This document shows, piece by piece, positions 9,761 to 19,160 of a stretch of 32,000 nucleotides of DNA. The notes beneath the pieces are model-generated. The model was not told the origin of the DNA and made no database searches. It worked only from the letters and a program-made list of their open reading frames with translations. The position numbers were made by a program, and so were the translations under genes. The first letter of the stretch is position 1, and each line of letters opens with the position of its first letter. The stretch is from the NCBI RefSeq assembly GCF_000025945.1, contig NC_006138.1:1410001-1442000 (forward strand), written 5' to 3'. The stretch is from Desulfotalea psychrophila LSv54. GTDB lineage: Bacteria; Desulfobacterota; Desulfobulbia; Desulfobulbales; Desulfocapsaceae.

Positions 9761-10471
9761 ATGGTAATGAGACAAAATAATAGAACAGCAGAGAGCCTTC
9801 GCCCTATTTCCATAGAGCGTGGAGTGCAGCTCCACGCAGATGCCTCTGTCCTGATCAGGATGGGTAATACCCATGTTATCTGTGGCGTCAGTGTGGAGGA
9901 GAGTGTGCCTCCCTTTATGCGGGGCAGTGGTAAGGGATGGATTACGGCAGAATACGGTATGTTGCCCTGTGCAACGGACAGTCGCTACCGTCGTGAGACC
10001 AATGGCCGTTCTGGTCGGACCATGGAGATTCAGCGACTCATTGGTCGCAGTCTGCGCATGATGGTGGACCTTGAGACCATCGGCGAGAGAACCCTGCGTG
10101 TTGACTGTGACGTGCTTAATGCCGATGGTGGCACTCGTACCGCCTCCATCACCGGAGGAGCCCTGGCCCTGCGTGATGCCTTTACCAAGCTGCATACAAC
10201 GGGCCTCTTGGAGAAGATGCCCGAGATAATGCCCGTTGTGGCTATTTCCGTGGGCATGAAGGATGGCCAGGCCCTGCTTGATCTGGACTATGTCGAAGAT
10301 TCCAGTGCCGATGCCGATGCCAACTTTGTCATGGCAGGTGATGGTCGCTGGATCGAGGTTCAGTCCACCGCCGAAGGTCGTCCCTTCTCCCATGATCAGT
10401 TTCTGGCCATGGCAGACCTTGCCCAAAAGGGTTCTGCAGAGCTTCTTCAGCTCTGGCGGGATCAGGAGTAG
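9761..10471 (+). CDS. rph: Ribonuclease PH
   Basis: [94 protein letters not shown]. Confidence 0.96.
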
Positions 10472-10489
10472 TGAGTTTTTGATTTATCG

Positions 10490-10526
10490 GTGGAATTCAT
10501 CTTAGATGGATTCCACTGGCCTTTTT
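10490..10526 (+). terminator. Putative intrinsic terminator after rph
   Basis: 12-bp stem GTGGAATTCATC / GATGGATTCCAC with one G-U pair and a TTA loop, followed after TGGCC by TTTTT. Confidence 0.6.
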
Positions 10527-10743
10527 CCCCACCTCCCCCTCCTCTGTTCCTTAAGCGTCCTTTTTCCCGTTTCCATACTTTCTGAAAAAGAGGGAAAAAA
10601 ATACGTATAAGTTACTTTTTCCCTAGATATTTTTCTGATTTCGTAATGATCGTCCCTCTTTGACTGCTTTATCTCTTGAAAGAGAAGCGTCTTGTAACTA
10701 AGGTGGGCGGAAATTTAACAGTAAATATCAATGGGGAGGTCTC

Positions 10744-12171
10744 ATGCTTGGTTCTTTAAGAGGTGCAGTGGATGCAGCAATTGGTGTCGCAAATGGTTTG
10801 TTATGGGGTAAGTTGCTGATCTATGTCCTCGTCCTGACTGGTTTATATTTCACTCTCCGCCTTGGCTGTATTCAGTTACGTCTCTTTTTTCATGGGGTTC
10901 AACTTGTTCGTGCTGGTCGTGAAAAGGTAAATGGTATCTCCTCTTTTCAGGTCTTCTGTACCTCCATGGCTGCCCGGGTAGGTACGGGCAATATGGCAGG
11001 TGTTGCCGTTGCTATTACCGTCGGGGGGGCAGGTTCTATTTTCTGGATGTGGCTCATTGCCCTGTTGGGTATGGCAACAGCCTTTGTCGAATCCACCCTT
11101 GCCCAGCTGTACAAGATAAGAGGTGTGGACGGTACCTATCGTGGTGGCCCTGCCTACTATATGGAACAGGGGCTTGGCATGCGTTGGATGGGCATTCTCT
11201 TCTCTATCCTCCTTATCATTGCCTTTGGTTTTGCCTTTAATTCAGTGCAGGCAAATACCATCACCGACGCCCTCAATAATGCCTTTGGCTTTAATAAGAC
11301 CATTGTTGGTATTATTATTGTGGCCTTTACCGGATATATCATCATGGGTGGCCTGAGGAAGGTTGCCCGGGTCTCTGAGATTATTGTCCCCTTTATGGCC
11401 GTGCTCTACCTGCTTATTGCCCTGACCGTGGTTGTCCTTAATATAGAAAAAATACCAACAGTACTGGTCCTTATCTTCGATAGCGCCTTTGGCATAAGAG
11501 AGGCCACCGGTGGTATGATGGGCGCCCTGATGGCCGGTGTTGCCCGGGGACTCTTCTCCAATGAGGCGGGTATGGGAAGTGCTGCCAATGTTGCCGCCTC
11601 TGCCACCCCAAATCCCCATCATCCGGCCTCTCAAGGATTTGTCCAGATGATAGGTGTCTTTGTCGATACCCTTGTTATCTGTACTGCCTCAGCGGCAATT
11701 ATCATGCTCTCCGGTGTACTTGATGCCCCGGCCGGTGAGAGGGGGATCGGTCTCTTGCAACTGGCCTTGACCAATGAGATAGGCCCTTGGGCGACATACT
11801 TTCTCGCCTTTGCCATTATCATGTTTTGCTTTAGCTCCATCATTGCCAACTATAGCTATGCAGAAACCAATATTATGTTTCTCACCAAGAGCAGGCGGGT
11901 CATGGTGACCTTTCGCTTTGCCGTGTTAGCCATTGTTATGACCGGTTCCGTGGCTTCTCTGCAGACCGTGTGGAACTTTGCCGATGTCTCCATGGGTCTG
12001 ATGGCCCTGGTTAATATCGCCGCCATTCTTATGCTCTCCGGCGTGGCCTTTGCCGTGATTAAGGATTATGAGGGGCAGATGAAGGCGGGCAAAAAACCAG
12101 ATTTTGATGCCAATAAGTTCCCTAAAATTCATGCCCAGCTCTCCTGCAATACCTGGAAGAGGGAGGAGTAG
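10744..12171 (+). CDS. AGCS-family sodium:alanine/glycine symporter, copy 1 of a tandem pair
   Basis: FQVFCTSMAARVGTGNMAGVAVAITVGGAGSIFWMWLIALLGMATAFVESTLAQLYKI and GVARGLFSNEAGMGSAANVAASA family signatures; multiple hydrophobic segments. Confidence 0.94.
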   Translation: MLGSLRGAVDAAIGVANGLLWGKLLIYVLVLTGLYFTLRLGCIQLRLFFHGVQLVRAGREKVNGISSFQVFCTSMAARVGTGNMAGVAVAITVGGAGSIFWMWLIALLGMATAFVESTLAQLYKIRGVDGTYRGGPAYYMEQGLGMRWMGILFSILLIIAFGFAFNSVQANTITDALNNAFGFNKTIVGIIIVAFTGYIIMGGLRKVARVSEIIVPFMAVLYLLIALTVVVLNIEKIPTVLVLIFDSAFGIREATGGMMGALMAGVARGLFSNEAGMGSAANVAASATPNPHHPASQGFVQMIGVFVDTLVICTASAAIIMLSGVLDAPAGERGIGLLQLALTNEIGPWATYFLAFAIIMFCFSSIIANYSYAETNIMFLTKSRRVMVTFRFAVLAIVMTGSVASLQTVWNFADVSMGLMALVNIAAILMLSGVAFAVIKDYEGQMKAGKKPDFDANKFPKIHAQLSCNTWKREE

Positions 12172-12222
12172 CAGCATGTTCTGAGCTCTGCTCGCAGAGC
12201 TCTACTGTAAACCAGCTCTTTG
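12169..12222 (+). repeat. 54-nt 3' element, copy 1 (from the stop codon of AGCS copy 1), containing hairpin GAGCTCTG-CTCG-CAGAGCTC
   Basis: Direct comparison with 13946-13999: 52/54 identical positions. Confidence 0.85.
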
Positions 12223-12290
12223 TGGACAGCCCCCCCCACCACCACACCACCACAGTTAAGATTAGCCGGTACCCTCATTGACTGGGCAGC

Positions 12291-12327
12291 GAACCTGTGA
12301 TAGACCTTTGTTATAGGGTTCTTTTTT
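12291..12327 (+). terminator. Weak candidate terminator after AGCS copy 1
   Basis: GAACC...GGTTC pairing followed by TTTTTT; the interior of the stem is imperfect. Confidence 0.4.
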
Positions 12328-12446
12328 GATCAGCCGGTTTCATCTGTTTCTTCTCCCCGTGGTCTATGGACCTACGATCCTCTCTTTGCTTCTCGCTCAG
12401 ATCCTGTACAGCCTTTAGTAGCACCGATCTCCCCCCTCCAGAGTGC

Positions 12447-12483
12447 GTTGCCACCTCTATTTCGCAGTGAGGTGGCTGGCAAC
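12447..12483 (+). promoter_or_regulatory. Hairpin in the region upstream of AGCS copy 2
   Basis: GTTGCCACCTC (12447-12457) pairs with GAGGTGGC-(TG)-GCAAC (12469-12483), an 11-bp stem with a 2-nt bulge. Confidence 0.4.
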
Positions 12484-12529
12484 TAATGGTGGCTAAAAAA
12501 TCAACAGTAAGTTTGAATGATGAGGTCCT

Positions 12530-13948
12530 ATGTTTGATTCTTTCCAAGCTGTAGTTGCTACTGTACATAATTTTCTATGGGGTCACTTGCTGACCTATGT
12601 TCTGATTCTAGCCGGTCTCTATTTCACCTTCCGTCTTGGCTTTATCCAGTTACGTCTCTTTTTCCATGGCCTAAAGGTTCTACGTCTTGGTCGTGAAAGG
12701 GTAGAGGGTATTTCTTCTTTTCAGGTTTTCTGTACATCTATGGCTGCCCGGATAGGTACGGGCAATATAGCGGGTATTGCCCTTGCCATTACCGTTGGTG
12801 GTCCGGGTGCCATCTTTTGGATGTGGATCATGGCCATTTTTGGGATGGCAACATCCTTTGTCGAATCCACCCTGGCCCAGTTGTACAAGGTAAGAGGGGT
12901 GGAGGATGACGTTTATCGTGGTGGTCCCGCCTACTATATGGAACAGGGGCTCGGCAGGCGTTGGATGGGCATTCTTTTCTCTATTCTTCTCATCATCACC
13001 TATGGTCTTGCCTTTAACTCTGTCCAGGCAAATACCATCACCGATGCCCTTGATCATGCCTTCGGTTTTGACAGGACTATTGTGGGTATTACTGTTGTGG
13101 TCATTACCGGATATATCATCATGGGTGGCCTGAAGAAGGTTGCTCGGGCAGCTGAGGTCATTGTCCCCTTCATGGCCGGACTCTATCTGCTTCTGGCCCT
13201 GGTGGTGGTGGTTCTTAACATAGAAAAAATACCCGCAGTATTGGCCCTTATCTTTGACAGTGCCTTTGGCCTGCAAGCGGCCAGCGGTGGTATGTTGGGT
13301 GCGCTAACAGTGGGTGTTTCCCGGGGACTCTTCTCCAATGAGGCGGGTATGGGAAGTGCTGCCAATGTCGCTGGATCTGCCACCCCAAATCCTCCTCATC
13401 CGGCCTCCCAGGGTTTTGTCCAGATGATTGGTGTCTTTGCCGATACCTTCATCATCTGTACAGCTTCGGCGGCAATTGTTCTGCTCTCCGGGGTAATTGA
13501 TACAAAAACCAGTGAGACGGGAATAGGCCTGGTGCAACTGGCCCTGACCAATGAAATGGGCCATTGGTCAATCTATTTTCTCACCTTTACCATTATCCTC
13601 TTCTGCTATAGTTCTATCATTGCCAATTACGGTTATGCAGAGTCCAATGTTCTCTTTCTCACCAGGAGTAGGGGCGCCGTTCAGGCCCTTCGCCTCTCTG
13701 TTCTGGCCATTGTCATGATCGGTTCCATCTCCCCTTTCCAGGCAGTGTGGAGTCTTACCGATATTTCCATGGGCCTGATGGCCCTGGTGAACATCATTGC
13801 TATTTTTATGCTCTCGGGTGTGGCCGTGACGGTGATTAGGGATTATGAAAGGCAGATGAAGGCGGGTAAGCTACCGGAATTTGATGCCGGTAAGTTCCCT
13901 GAAATTCATGCCCAGCTCTCCTGTAATACCTGGAAGGGGGAGGAGTAG
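12530..13948 (+). CDS. AGCS-family sodium:alanine/glycine symporter, copy 2 of a tandem pair
   Basis: Colinear with copy 1 throughout: FQVFCTSMAARIGTGNIAGIALAITVGGPGAIFWMWIMAIFGMATSF and GVSRGLFSNEAGMGSAANVAGSA. Confidence 0.94.
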   Translation: MFDSFQAVVATVHNFLWGHLLTYVLILAGLYFTFRLGFIQLRLFFHGLKVLRLGRERVEGISSFQVFCTSMAARIGTGNIAGIALAITVGGPGAIFWMWIMAIFGMATSFVESTLAQLYKVRGVEDDVYRGGPAYYMEQGLGRRWMGILFSILLIITYGLAFNSVQANTITDALDHAFGFDRTIVGITVVVITGYIIMGGLKKVARAAEVIVPFMAGLYLLLALVVVVLNIEKIPAVLALIFDSAFGLQAASGGMLGALTVGVSRGLFSNEAGMGSAANVAGSATPNPPHPASQGFVQMIGVFADTFIICTASAAIVLLSGVIDTKTSETGIGLVQLALTNEMGHWSIYFLTFTIILFCYSSIIANYGYAESNVLFLTRSRGAVQALRLSVLAIVMIGSISPFQAVWSLTDISMGLMALVNIIAIFMLSGVAVTVIRDYERQMKAGKLPEFDAGKFPEIHAQLSCNTWKGEE

Positions 13949-13999
13949 CAGCATGTTTTGAGCTCTGCCCGCAGAGCTCTACTGTAAACCAGCTCTTTG
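13946..13999 (+). repeat. 54-nt 3' element, copy 2 (from the stop codon of AGCS copy 2), containing hairpin GAGCTCTG-CCCG-CAGAGCTC
   Basis: 52/54 identical to 12169-12222; the stem is unchanged and one of the two differences is in the loop. Confidence 0.85.
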
Positions 14000-14011
14000 C
14001 TGAAAGAAAGA

Positions 14012-14045
14012 GGGGCCCCATCGTCTGATGGTTGGCCCTTTTTTT
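14012..14045 (+). terminator. Intrinsic terminator after AGCS copy 2
   Basis: GGGCCCCATC-GTCT-GATGG-TT-GGCCC stem followed by seven T. Confidence 0.8.
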
Positions 14046-14718
14046 ATACCCATGGATGGGTTGTATACTGCGATGGCAGAGATGCCAAGGAGCAGTGATG
14101 CTAGGACGTTCCCCTCGCCAGCCCAATTCTCATCTCATTCTCTAATTGGATGATTTTGAGCTGAAATCTGAAGTATAGGTGCGTTGATGAGACGAAAAGC
14201 TGGAATTAACTAGATGCGAAATCTTATTTCCTGATAAACACCGTATGGTGTGAGGTCTCCTCAAACAGGGCGCGATTTGAAGTTTAAAAGCCACAAGAGC
14301 TGACCTAAATCCTCAACAGGAACTGTCAAAAAGTCTGTTCCCATAGGCCAACTTCCTCCCCTTGCTAGTATAAGATGAAGTTATTGTTCCAATAACTTTT
14401 TTTTATGGTATCTTTCTTGTCATAACAAATTTTCAGGGCGCGAGTATGCTTTTAAAGGCATTTAATTCGGTAACTTTTTGTGTTTTAAAGGGTTTTTTCA
14501 GGATACCAGTTTTATGCAATTACTCATGGGGTATCTTGCCCTTGTGCGGGAAAATCGTTCGCCAATTAATCAACAGGTTTGCTTGATGTTGTTATGTAGG
14601 AAAACTGTAATCAGTTTCTATTGTCAGAAAAGCGCAAGAGGCTGATTCTGAAAATAAGAAGGTCTGCAGTAGATTGGAACGAAGTCAGGGATAATAATAG
14701 AGTTAAAGGGGACCAAGG

Positions 14719-16731
14719 ATGAGAGCAAAAATTAATACAAGATCATTATATTTCAAACTTGTCGCAGGTGGAATTTTAGCAGTACTCTTGCCTCTGCTCA
14801 TTGTCGGTTTTTGGGTAGTACATAAGACAAATGAGACTCTTTTTGAGATAAGTAGAGAAGTTCTACAGAACGAGGCAAAACAATTAAGTGGTTATGTTGA
14901 AATATCACTGGATCTTCAACGGGAAGTGGCCGCTGCCTTCACCACGGATCTATTGACGCTTGAAGTAATTGAGAAGGTTAATAGGGTTGGTGTTGCAAGC
15001 GCAGGAGATGATATTGCCGTGCTACGCAGGGCGATGAAAGATAAGTATGCTCTTCTTGATAATAGTCGTTATTTGGGTGTTTTTGTAACCGATAAAAAGG
15101 GTCTTCTTATCACCGGTGAGCTGGCCAGTGGGAAAGAGTACAGGGGCAGCAATATTGCCAGTCGTGGCTACTTTCAAAGGGTAAAGAGCAGTGGCGAGGT
15201 TGTGGTTGGAGAGATAGCAAGATCAAAGAGTACCGGCAAGATTATCTATGTGGTCTGTGCTCCCATTGTCTCTGGTGATCATCGCTTTCAAGGTGTTATC
15301 GGTCTTGCCGTCAGTGCAAAATTCTTGCTGGATAAATTTGCAGAGGTCGCACCGGGTGCCACCGGATACTCCTCCATGGTGAATAGGAGAGGTGTGGTCA
15401 ATATCCATCCAAATAAAAAACTTATCTTGCAGCATGATTTAAGCCGTGATGATGGTTTGGAAGAGTTAAGTAAAGCCATGCTGGCCGGTGAAACGGATGT
15501 GATCAGTTACAGTTATAAGGGGGATGCTAAGGTGGCAGGTTTTGCTCCTGTTCCCAGTCAGAAATGGAGTGTTATTGTAACCCAGGAACAGGATGACTTT
15601 TTAGGGGCAGCCCATGAAATCAGAGATTCAGTGAGCTTTATTACCCTGATTTCTCTTATAGCTGTAGCCGTTGTGGTGTTTTTTGCTTCACAAACTCTGG
15701 TACGACCAATGCAGAGGGTGGTGGAGGGCCTAAAGGATATTGCCCAGGGCGAGGGCGATTTAACCATGCGTCTTCAGGTGACTTCAAAGGATGAGGTAGG
15801 AGATATTGCCCTGTGGTTTAATGTTTTTATCGAGAAGTTACAGCAAATTATAATTAGGCTTTCGGAAAATAGTACTCCGGTGGCTGTCAGTGCTGGTCAA
15901 CTTTCGGTTATTGCCCGTGAGCTTTTGGTTAATGCAGAGGATACATCCACCCGCTCTGATAATGTCGCTGCGGCGGCAGAGGAGATGAGTGCAAATCTCA
16001 ATACTGTTTCTGCTGCCATGGAGCAGTCTTCAGCTAATATAGGTATGGTGGCATCTGCATCCGAGGAGATGACTGCAACTATTGGTGAAATCGCAGAAAG
16101 TGCGGGGAAGGCTCATGCTGTTTCAAGTTTGGCTGTTGAACAATCACAAAGTGCATCTGAAAAAATGGATGAGTTGAGTAGTGCAGCAGAAAAAATTGGT
16201 AAGGTCACGGAGACTATAACTGAGATATCAGAGCAGACAAATCTCTTGGCATTGAATGCCACCATTGAGGCCGCAAGGGCTGGTGAGTCTGGCAAGGGTT
16301 TTGCTGTGGTAGCCAATGAAATTAAAGAGTTGGCTAAGCAAACAGCCGAGGCAACATCTGATATTAAAAATGTTATTGGCAATGTGCAGCATACTGCTAA
16401 AATGGCAGAGGGTGAAATTGAGCAAATTACCAGGGTAATAGAGGATGTAAATGAAATCGTAGCCACGATAGCAGCGACCGTTGAGGAACAGTCGGTGACC
16501 ACCCGAGAGATAAGCGCAAATATTGTTCAGGCAAGTGCCGGTATTCAGGAGGTGAATACAAACGTAAGTGAGAGCTCCGTTGTTTCAGGTGAAATGACAA
16601 AGGATATTAGCGGTGTTTCCCAGGTGTCCCGGACCATAGCTACCAAGGGGCGAGATGTTCAGCAAAGTGCCGATGACCTACTGGGATTGTCGGCTGAACT
16701 GGCTAAGATTGTTAAGCTGTTTAAAGTTTAG
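14719..16731 (+). CDS. Methyl-accepting chemotaxis protein (N-terminal TM, Cache-like extracytoplasmic sensor, HAMP, MCP signalling domain)
   Basis: N-terminal TM segment; [41 protein letters not shown] Cache-like sequence; HAMP region [31 protein letters not shown]; MCP hairpin tip [43 protein letters not shown]. Confidence 0.95.
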   Translation: MRAKINTRSLYFKLVAGGILAVLLPLLIVGFWVVHKTNETLFEISREVLQNEAKQLSGYVEISLDLQREVAAAFTTDLLTLEVIEKVNRVGVASAGDDIAVLRRAMKDKYALLDNSRYLGVFVTDKKGLLITGELASGKEYRGSNIASRGYFQRVKSSGEVVVGEIARSKSTGKIIYVVCAPIVSGDHRFQGVIGLAVSAKFLLDKFAEVAPGATGYSSMVNRRGVVNIHPNKKLILQHDLSRDDGLEELSKAMLAGETDVISYSYKGDAKVAGFAPVPSQKWSVIVTQEQDDFLGAAHEIRDSVSFITLISLIAVAVVVFFASQTLVRPMQRVVEGLKDIAQGEGDLTMRLQVTSKDEVGDIALWFNVFIEKLQQIIIRLSENSTPVAVSAGQLSVIARELLVNAEDTSTRSDNVAAAAEEMSANLNTVSAAMEQSSANIGMVASASEEMTATIGEIAESAGKAHAVSSLAVEQSQSASEKMDELSSAAEKIGKVTETITEISEQTNLLALNATIEAARAGESGKGFAVVANEIKELAKQTAEATSDIKNVIGNVQHTAKMAEGEIEQITRVIEDVNEIVATIAATVEEQSVTTREISANIVQASAGIQEVNTNVSESSVVSGEMTKDISGVSQVSRTIATKGRDVQQSADDLLGLSAELAKIVKLFKV

Positions 16732-16779
16732 TGGGTTCCACTGTCCCTGTAGCAAATCTACTGAACATTTTCATAGGAA

Positions 16780-16818
16780 AGGCGAATAAACCACTTGGGT
16801 TTATTCGCCTTTTTTTTT
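16780..16818 (+). terminator. Strong intrinsic terminator after the MCP gene
   Basis: Perfect 13-bp stem AGGCGAATAAACC / GGTTTATTCGCCT, 5-nt loop, then eight T. Confidence 0.95.
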
Positions 16819-16835
16819 GCAAGCTTGTTAAACCC

Positions 16836-18266
16836 TTACTCTTCTATCTTCCAAAGATGCGCGCCCTCTTCCAGGGGCTTGGTGTAGATGAGGAAGGCGA
16901 CGAGGACCGCTATGGCAATAACTACGCCAGCGATATTTGACAGGGTAGAGTCCAGCTCAAAACCGATCTTGGCCTGGAGGATGAATGCTGCATCAACCGC
17001 GGTCATAAAGGTGGCAGGGATGGTGCATATCCAGTGAAGTTTTCTCTTTTTGACCAGATAGATGGCTGCCGTCCAGAGCATCATCATGGAGAGCATCTGG
17101 TTGGACCAACCAAAGTAGCGCCATACGGTGGTGAACTCGACATTACTGATGGCAAAGGCCACGGCAAAGAGGGGGATGGCAATTATCAGTCGCAGGCCAG
17201 GTCGGTTCTGCTTGATATTAACGATCTCTGCAATAATCAAACGGGTGGATCGAAAGGCCGTATCACCACTGGAGATAGGCAGGATGATAACGCCCATGAT
17301 TGCCAGAAAACCACCGACGGGGCCCAGCAGGGTGTTACATGCTTCATTGACCACTGCGGCAGGGGAGCCGGTAGCAATTACAGCACTGAGTGCCTCGGGG
17401 GTCTGGTAGAAGGAGAGACCAATGGTAACCCAGACAAGGGCGATAATACCCTCCATGATCATTGAACCATAGAAGACGGATCGGCCGTGGGACTCATTTT
17501 GTACGCAACGTGCCATCAGCGGTGATTGGGTGGAGTGAAAACCACTGATCGCACCGCAGGACAGGGTGATGAAGAGAAGAGGCCAGATAGGCTTGTCTGC
17601 CGGGTGAGTATTGGTGAAAAAATCAAGGTTTGGCAGAATCTCATAGCCGTGGAAGATCAAACCGCCAATAACGCCAAAGGTCATGAATATGAGGAGGGCG
17701 CCGAAAAATGGATAGAGACGACCAATGATCTTGTCGATGGGGAGGATGGTGGCGATGAAATAGTAAAAGAAGATACAGCCGATCAGTATCTGAACATTGA
17801 CTCCCGTCAGCTGGTGGAGAAGCTTTGCCGGTCCCAGGATGAAAACAACACCAACAAGGAGGAGGAGGACGATGGAAAATATGCGCAGGGTCTGTCGTGC
17901 CGGCATTCCCATAATGTCACCAACTACCTCAGGGATAGACTTTCCGCCGCTACGCAGAGAAAGCATACCACTAAAATAGTCGTGGACAGCGCCGCCAAAG
18001 ATACAGCCAATAACTACCCAGATGAGGGCAGATGGGCCGTATAGAGCACCGAGGATTGGTCCGAATATGGGGCCAAGTCCCGCAATATCAAGGAGCTGGA
18101 TGAAGAACACCTTCCAGGTCGGCATGGCGATATAGTCAACGCCCTCTTCCTTGGTGCTACAGGGGGTTGCCCGGTTGCGGTCAATGCCAAAGATCTTTTC
18201 AACAAAGACCCCGTAGGTGAAGTAGCCCAAGATCAACAGGCCAACACAGGTAAAAAAGAAAAGCAT
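16836..18266 (-). CDS. cstA: Carbon starvation protein A (CstA) family transporter, short form (476 aa)
   Basis: GVDYIAMPTWKVFFIQLLDIAGLGPIFGPILGALYGPSALIWVVIGCIFGGAVHDYFSGMLSLRSGGKSIPEVVG; FHSTQSPLMARCV; multiple TM segments. Confidence 0.88.
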   Translation of the reverse strand: MLFFFTCVGLLILGYFTYGVFVEKIFGIDRNRATPCSTKEEGVDYIAMPTWKVFFIQLLDIAGLGPIFGPILGALYGPSALIWVVIGCIFGGAVHDYFSGMLSLRSGGKSIPEVVGDIMGMPARQTLRIFSIVLLLLVGVVFILGPAKLLHQLTGVNVQILIGCIFFYYFIATILPIDKIIGRLYPFFGALLIFMTFGVIGGLIFHGYEILPNLDFFTNTHPADKPIWPLLFITLSCGAISGFHSTQSPLMARCVQNESHGRSVFYGSMIMEGIIALVWVTIGLSFYQTPEALSAVIATGSPAAVVNEACNTLLGPVGGFLAIMGVIILPISSGDTAFRSTRLIIAEIVNIKQNRPGLRLIIAIPLFAVAFAISNVEFTTVWRYFGWSNQMLSMMMLWTAAIYLVKKRKLHWICTIPATFMTAVDAAFILQAKIGFELDSTLSNIAGVVIAIAVLVAFLIYTKPLEEGAHLWKIEE

Positions 18267-18553
18267 TTGTTTCCTCCCTAGGTAAATGTGAATAAAACTA
18301 CTTTAGTTATGTTAGCACTCTAGGGGGGGGGATGTCGTTTTTTTTTGTGAGGGGGAATATTTTTTTGGTGAAAGGTCGTTTTTTAGTGGTGTGCGGTCAT
18401 AACGGGAGGGCGAAATGCATTTCACCAGCAGGTAGAGACGTCGATTTATCGCGTCTCTTCTACAGGTAAGCATTGCTGGTAGATGGCATCCAGCATGGAA
18501 GAGAGGCGATATCGGCGTCCTGTAGCAGAGAGGGGCGTGGAGGCTTGTTTCTC

Positions 18554-19141
18554 CTAGAGAGAGACATCTGAAACAGATAAAATAGTCTTTTCTGGCGGAA
18601 AATCAAGGAAAGAAAAGAGCAGATCTTCAAGCAGATAACAGGTCGAGAAGTTGACTCGTATGGCTGCTATGATAGCAGGATCTTTTTTACCATATCTGTC
18701 AATGATATAGACCAGTCTTTCATCTAAAGAGACGACCTGGTCGTGTAGCACCCTCTTATCTGCGTAGTAGACCAGTCCGCGGGCGTCAATATAGCCGTCC
18801 CGATATCTCCCAGGGTCAAAAGAGCTGTATATGACATGTTCAGAGACAATCTGGGCGATTTCAGGAAAACCAAGATCTAGGCAGATTTGGCCACCGATCT
18901 CGGCATGACGACAGCCCTCCCGTAGACAGCGTGTCTTGGCAATGTCATGGAGGAGGGCTCCGGCAACGACCAGTCCTCTTTCAGGCAACTCTCTTACGCT
19001 TGGTACGAGGCAGAGCTGATCGGTGAGTGCCGCTGCTACCCGTGCCACTTGGCGAGAGTGGTCCCGGATATTATCCAGCATGGCAAAGTCCTCAATATAT
19101 TGTAAACACTCGCTGACGCTAGGATAGTTGGCAGCGAGCAT
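18554..19141 (-). CDS. HD-domain metal-dependent phosphohydrolase. The ORF is open up to 19243; the start MLAANYPSVSECLQYIEDFAM at 19141 would reduce the overlap with hemE to 19161-19243 to none
   Basis: HSRQVARVAAAL...VAGALLHDIAKTRCL...HAEIGGQICLDLGFPEIAQIVSEHV matches the HD-domain pattern (H..HD..H). Confidence 0.85.
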   Translation of the reverse strand: MLAANYPSVSECLQYIEDFAMLDNIRDHSRQVARVAAALTDQLCLVPSVRELPERGLVVAGALLHDIAKTRCLREGCRHAEIGGQICLDLGFPEIAQIVSEHVIYSSFDPGRYRDGYIDARGLVYYADKRVLHDQVVSLDERLVYIIDRYGKKDPAIIAAIRVNFSTCYLLEDLLFSFLDFPPEKTILSVSDVSL

Positions 19142-19160
19142 TTTGGTTGAAGATGTCATA

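Noticed and set aside
9704-10426. 240-aa minus-strand ORF antisense to rph
   Set aside because: rph has clear family motifs across the whole region; the antisense translation is low complexity with no recognisable fold
429-10471. Treating the ior/paaK/liv block as an undescribed system in its entirety
   Set aside because: All proteins belong to well-known families and the ior-paaK-ACT neighbourhood is familiar; only the arrangement without livK seemed worth noting
10531-10743. Possible glycine riboswitch or similar leader upstream of AGCS copy 1
   Set aside because: No match by eye to conserved glycine riboswitch segments; only short AT-rich pairings. An Rfam scan would be needed to exclude other classes
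12230-12260. C-rich tract CCCCCCCC-ACCACCACACCACCAC after AGCS copy 1
   Set aside because: Short low-complexity stretch; no repeat array or structure that I could support
12680-13276. 198-aa minus-strand ORF inside AGCS copy 2, with similar antisense ORFs in copy 1
   Set aside because: Antisense to transmembrane coding sequence; similarity between the antisense ORFs just reflects the gene duplication
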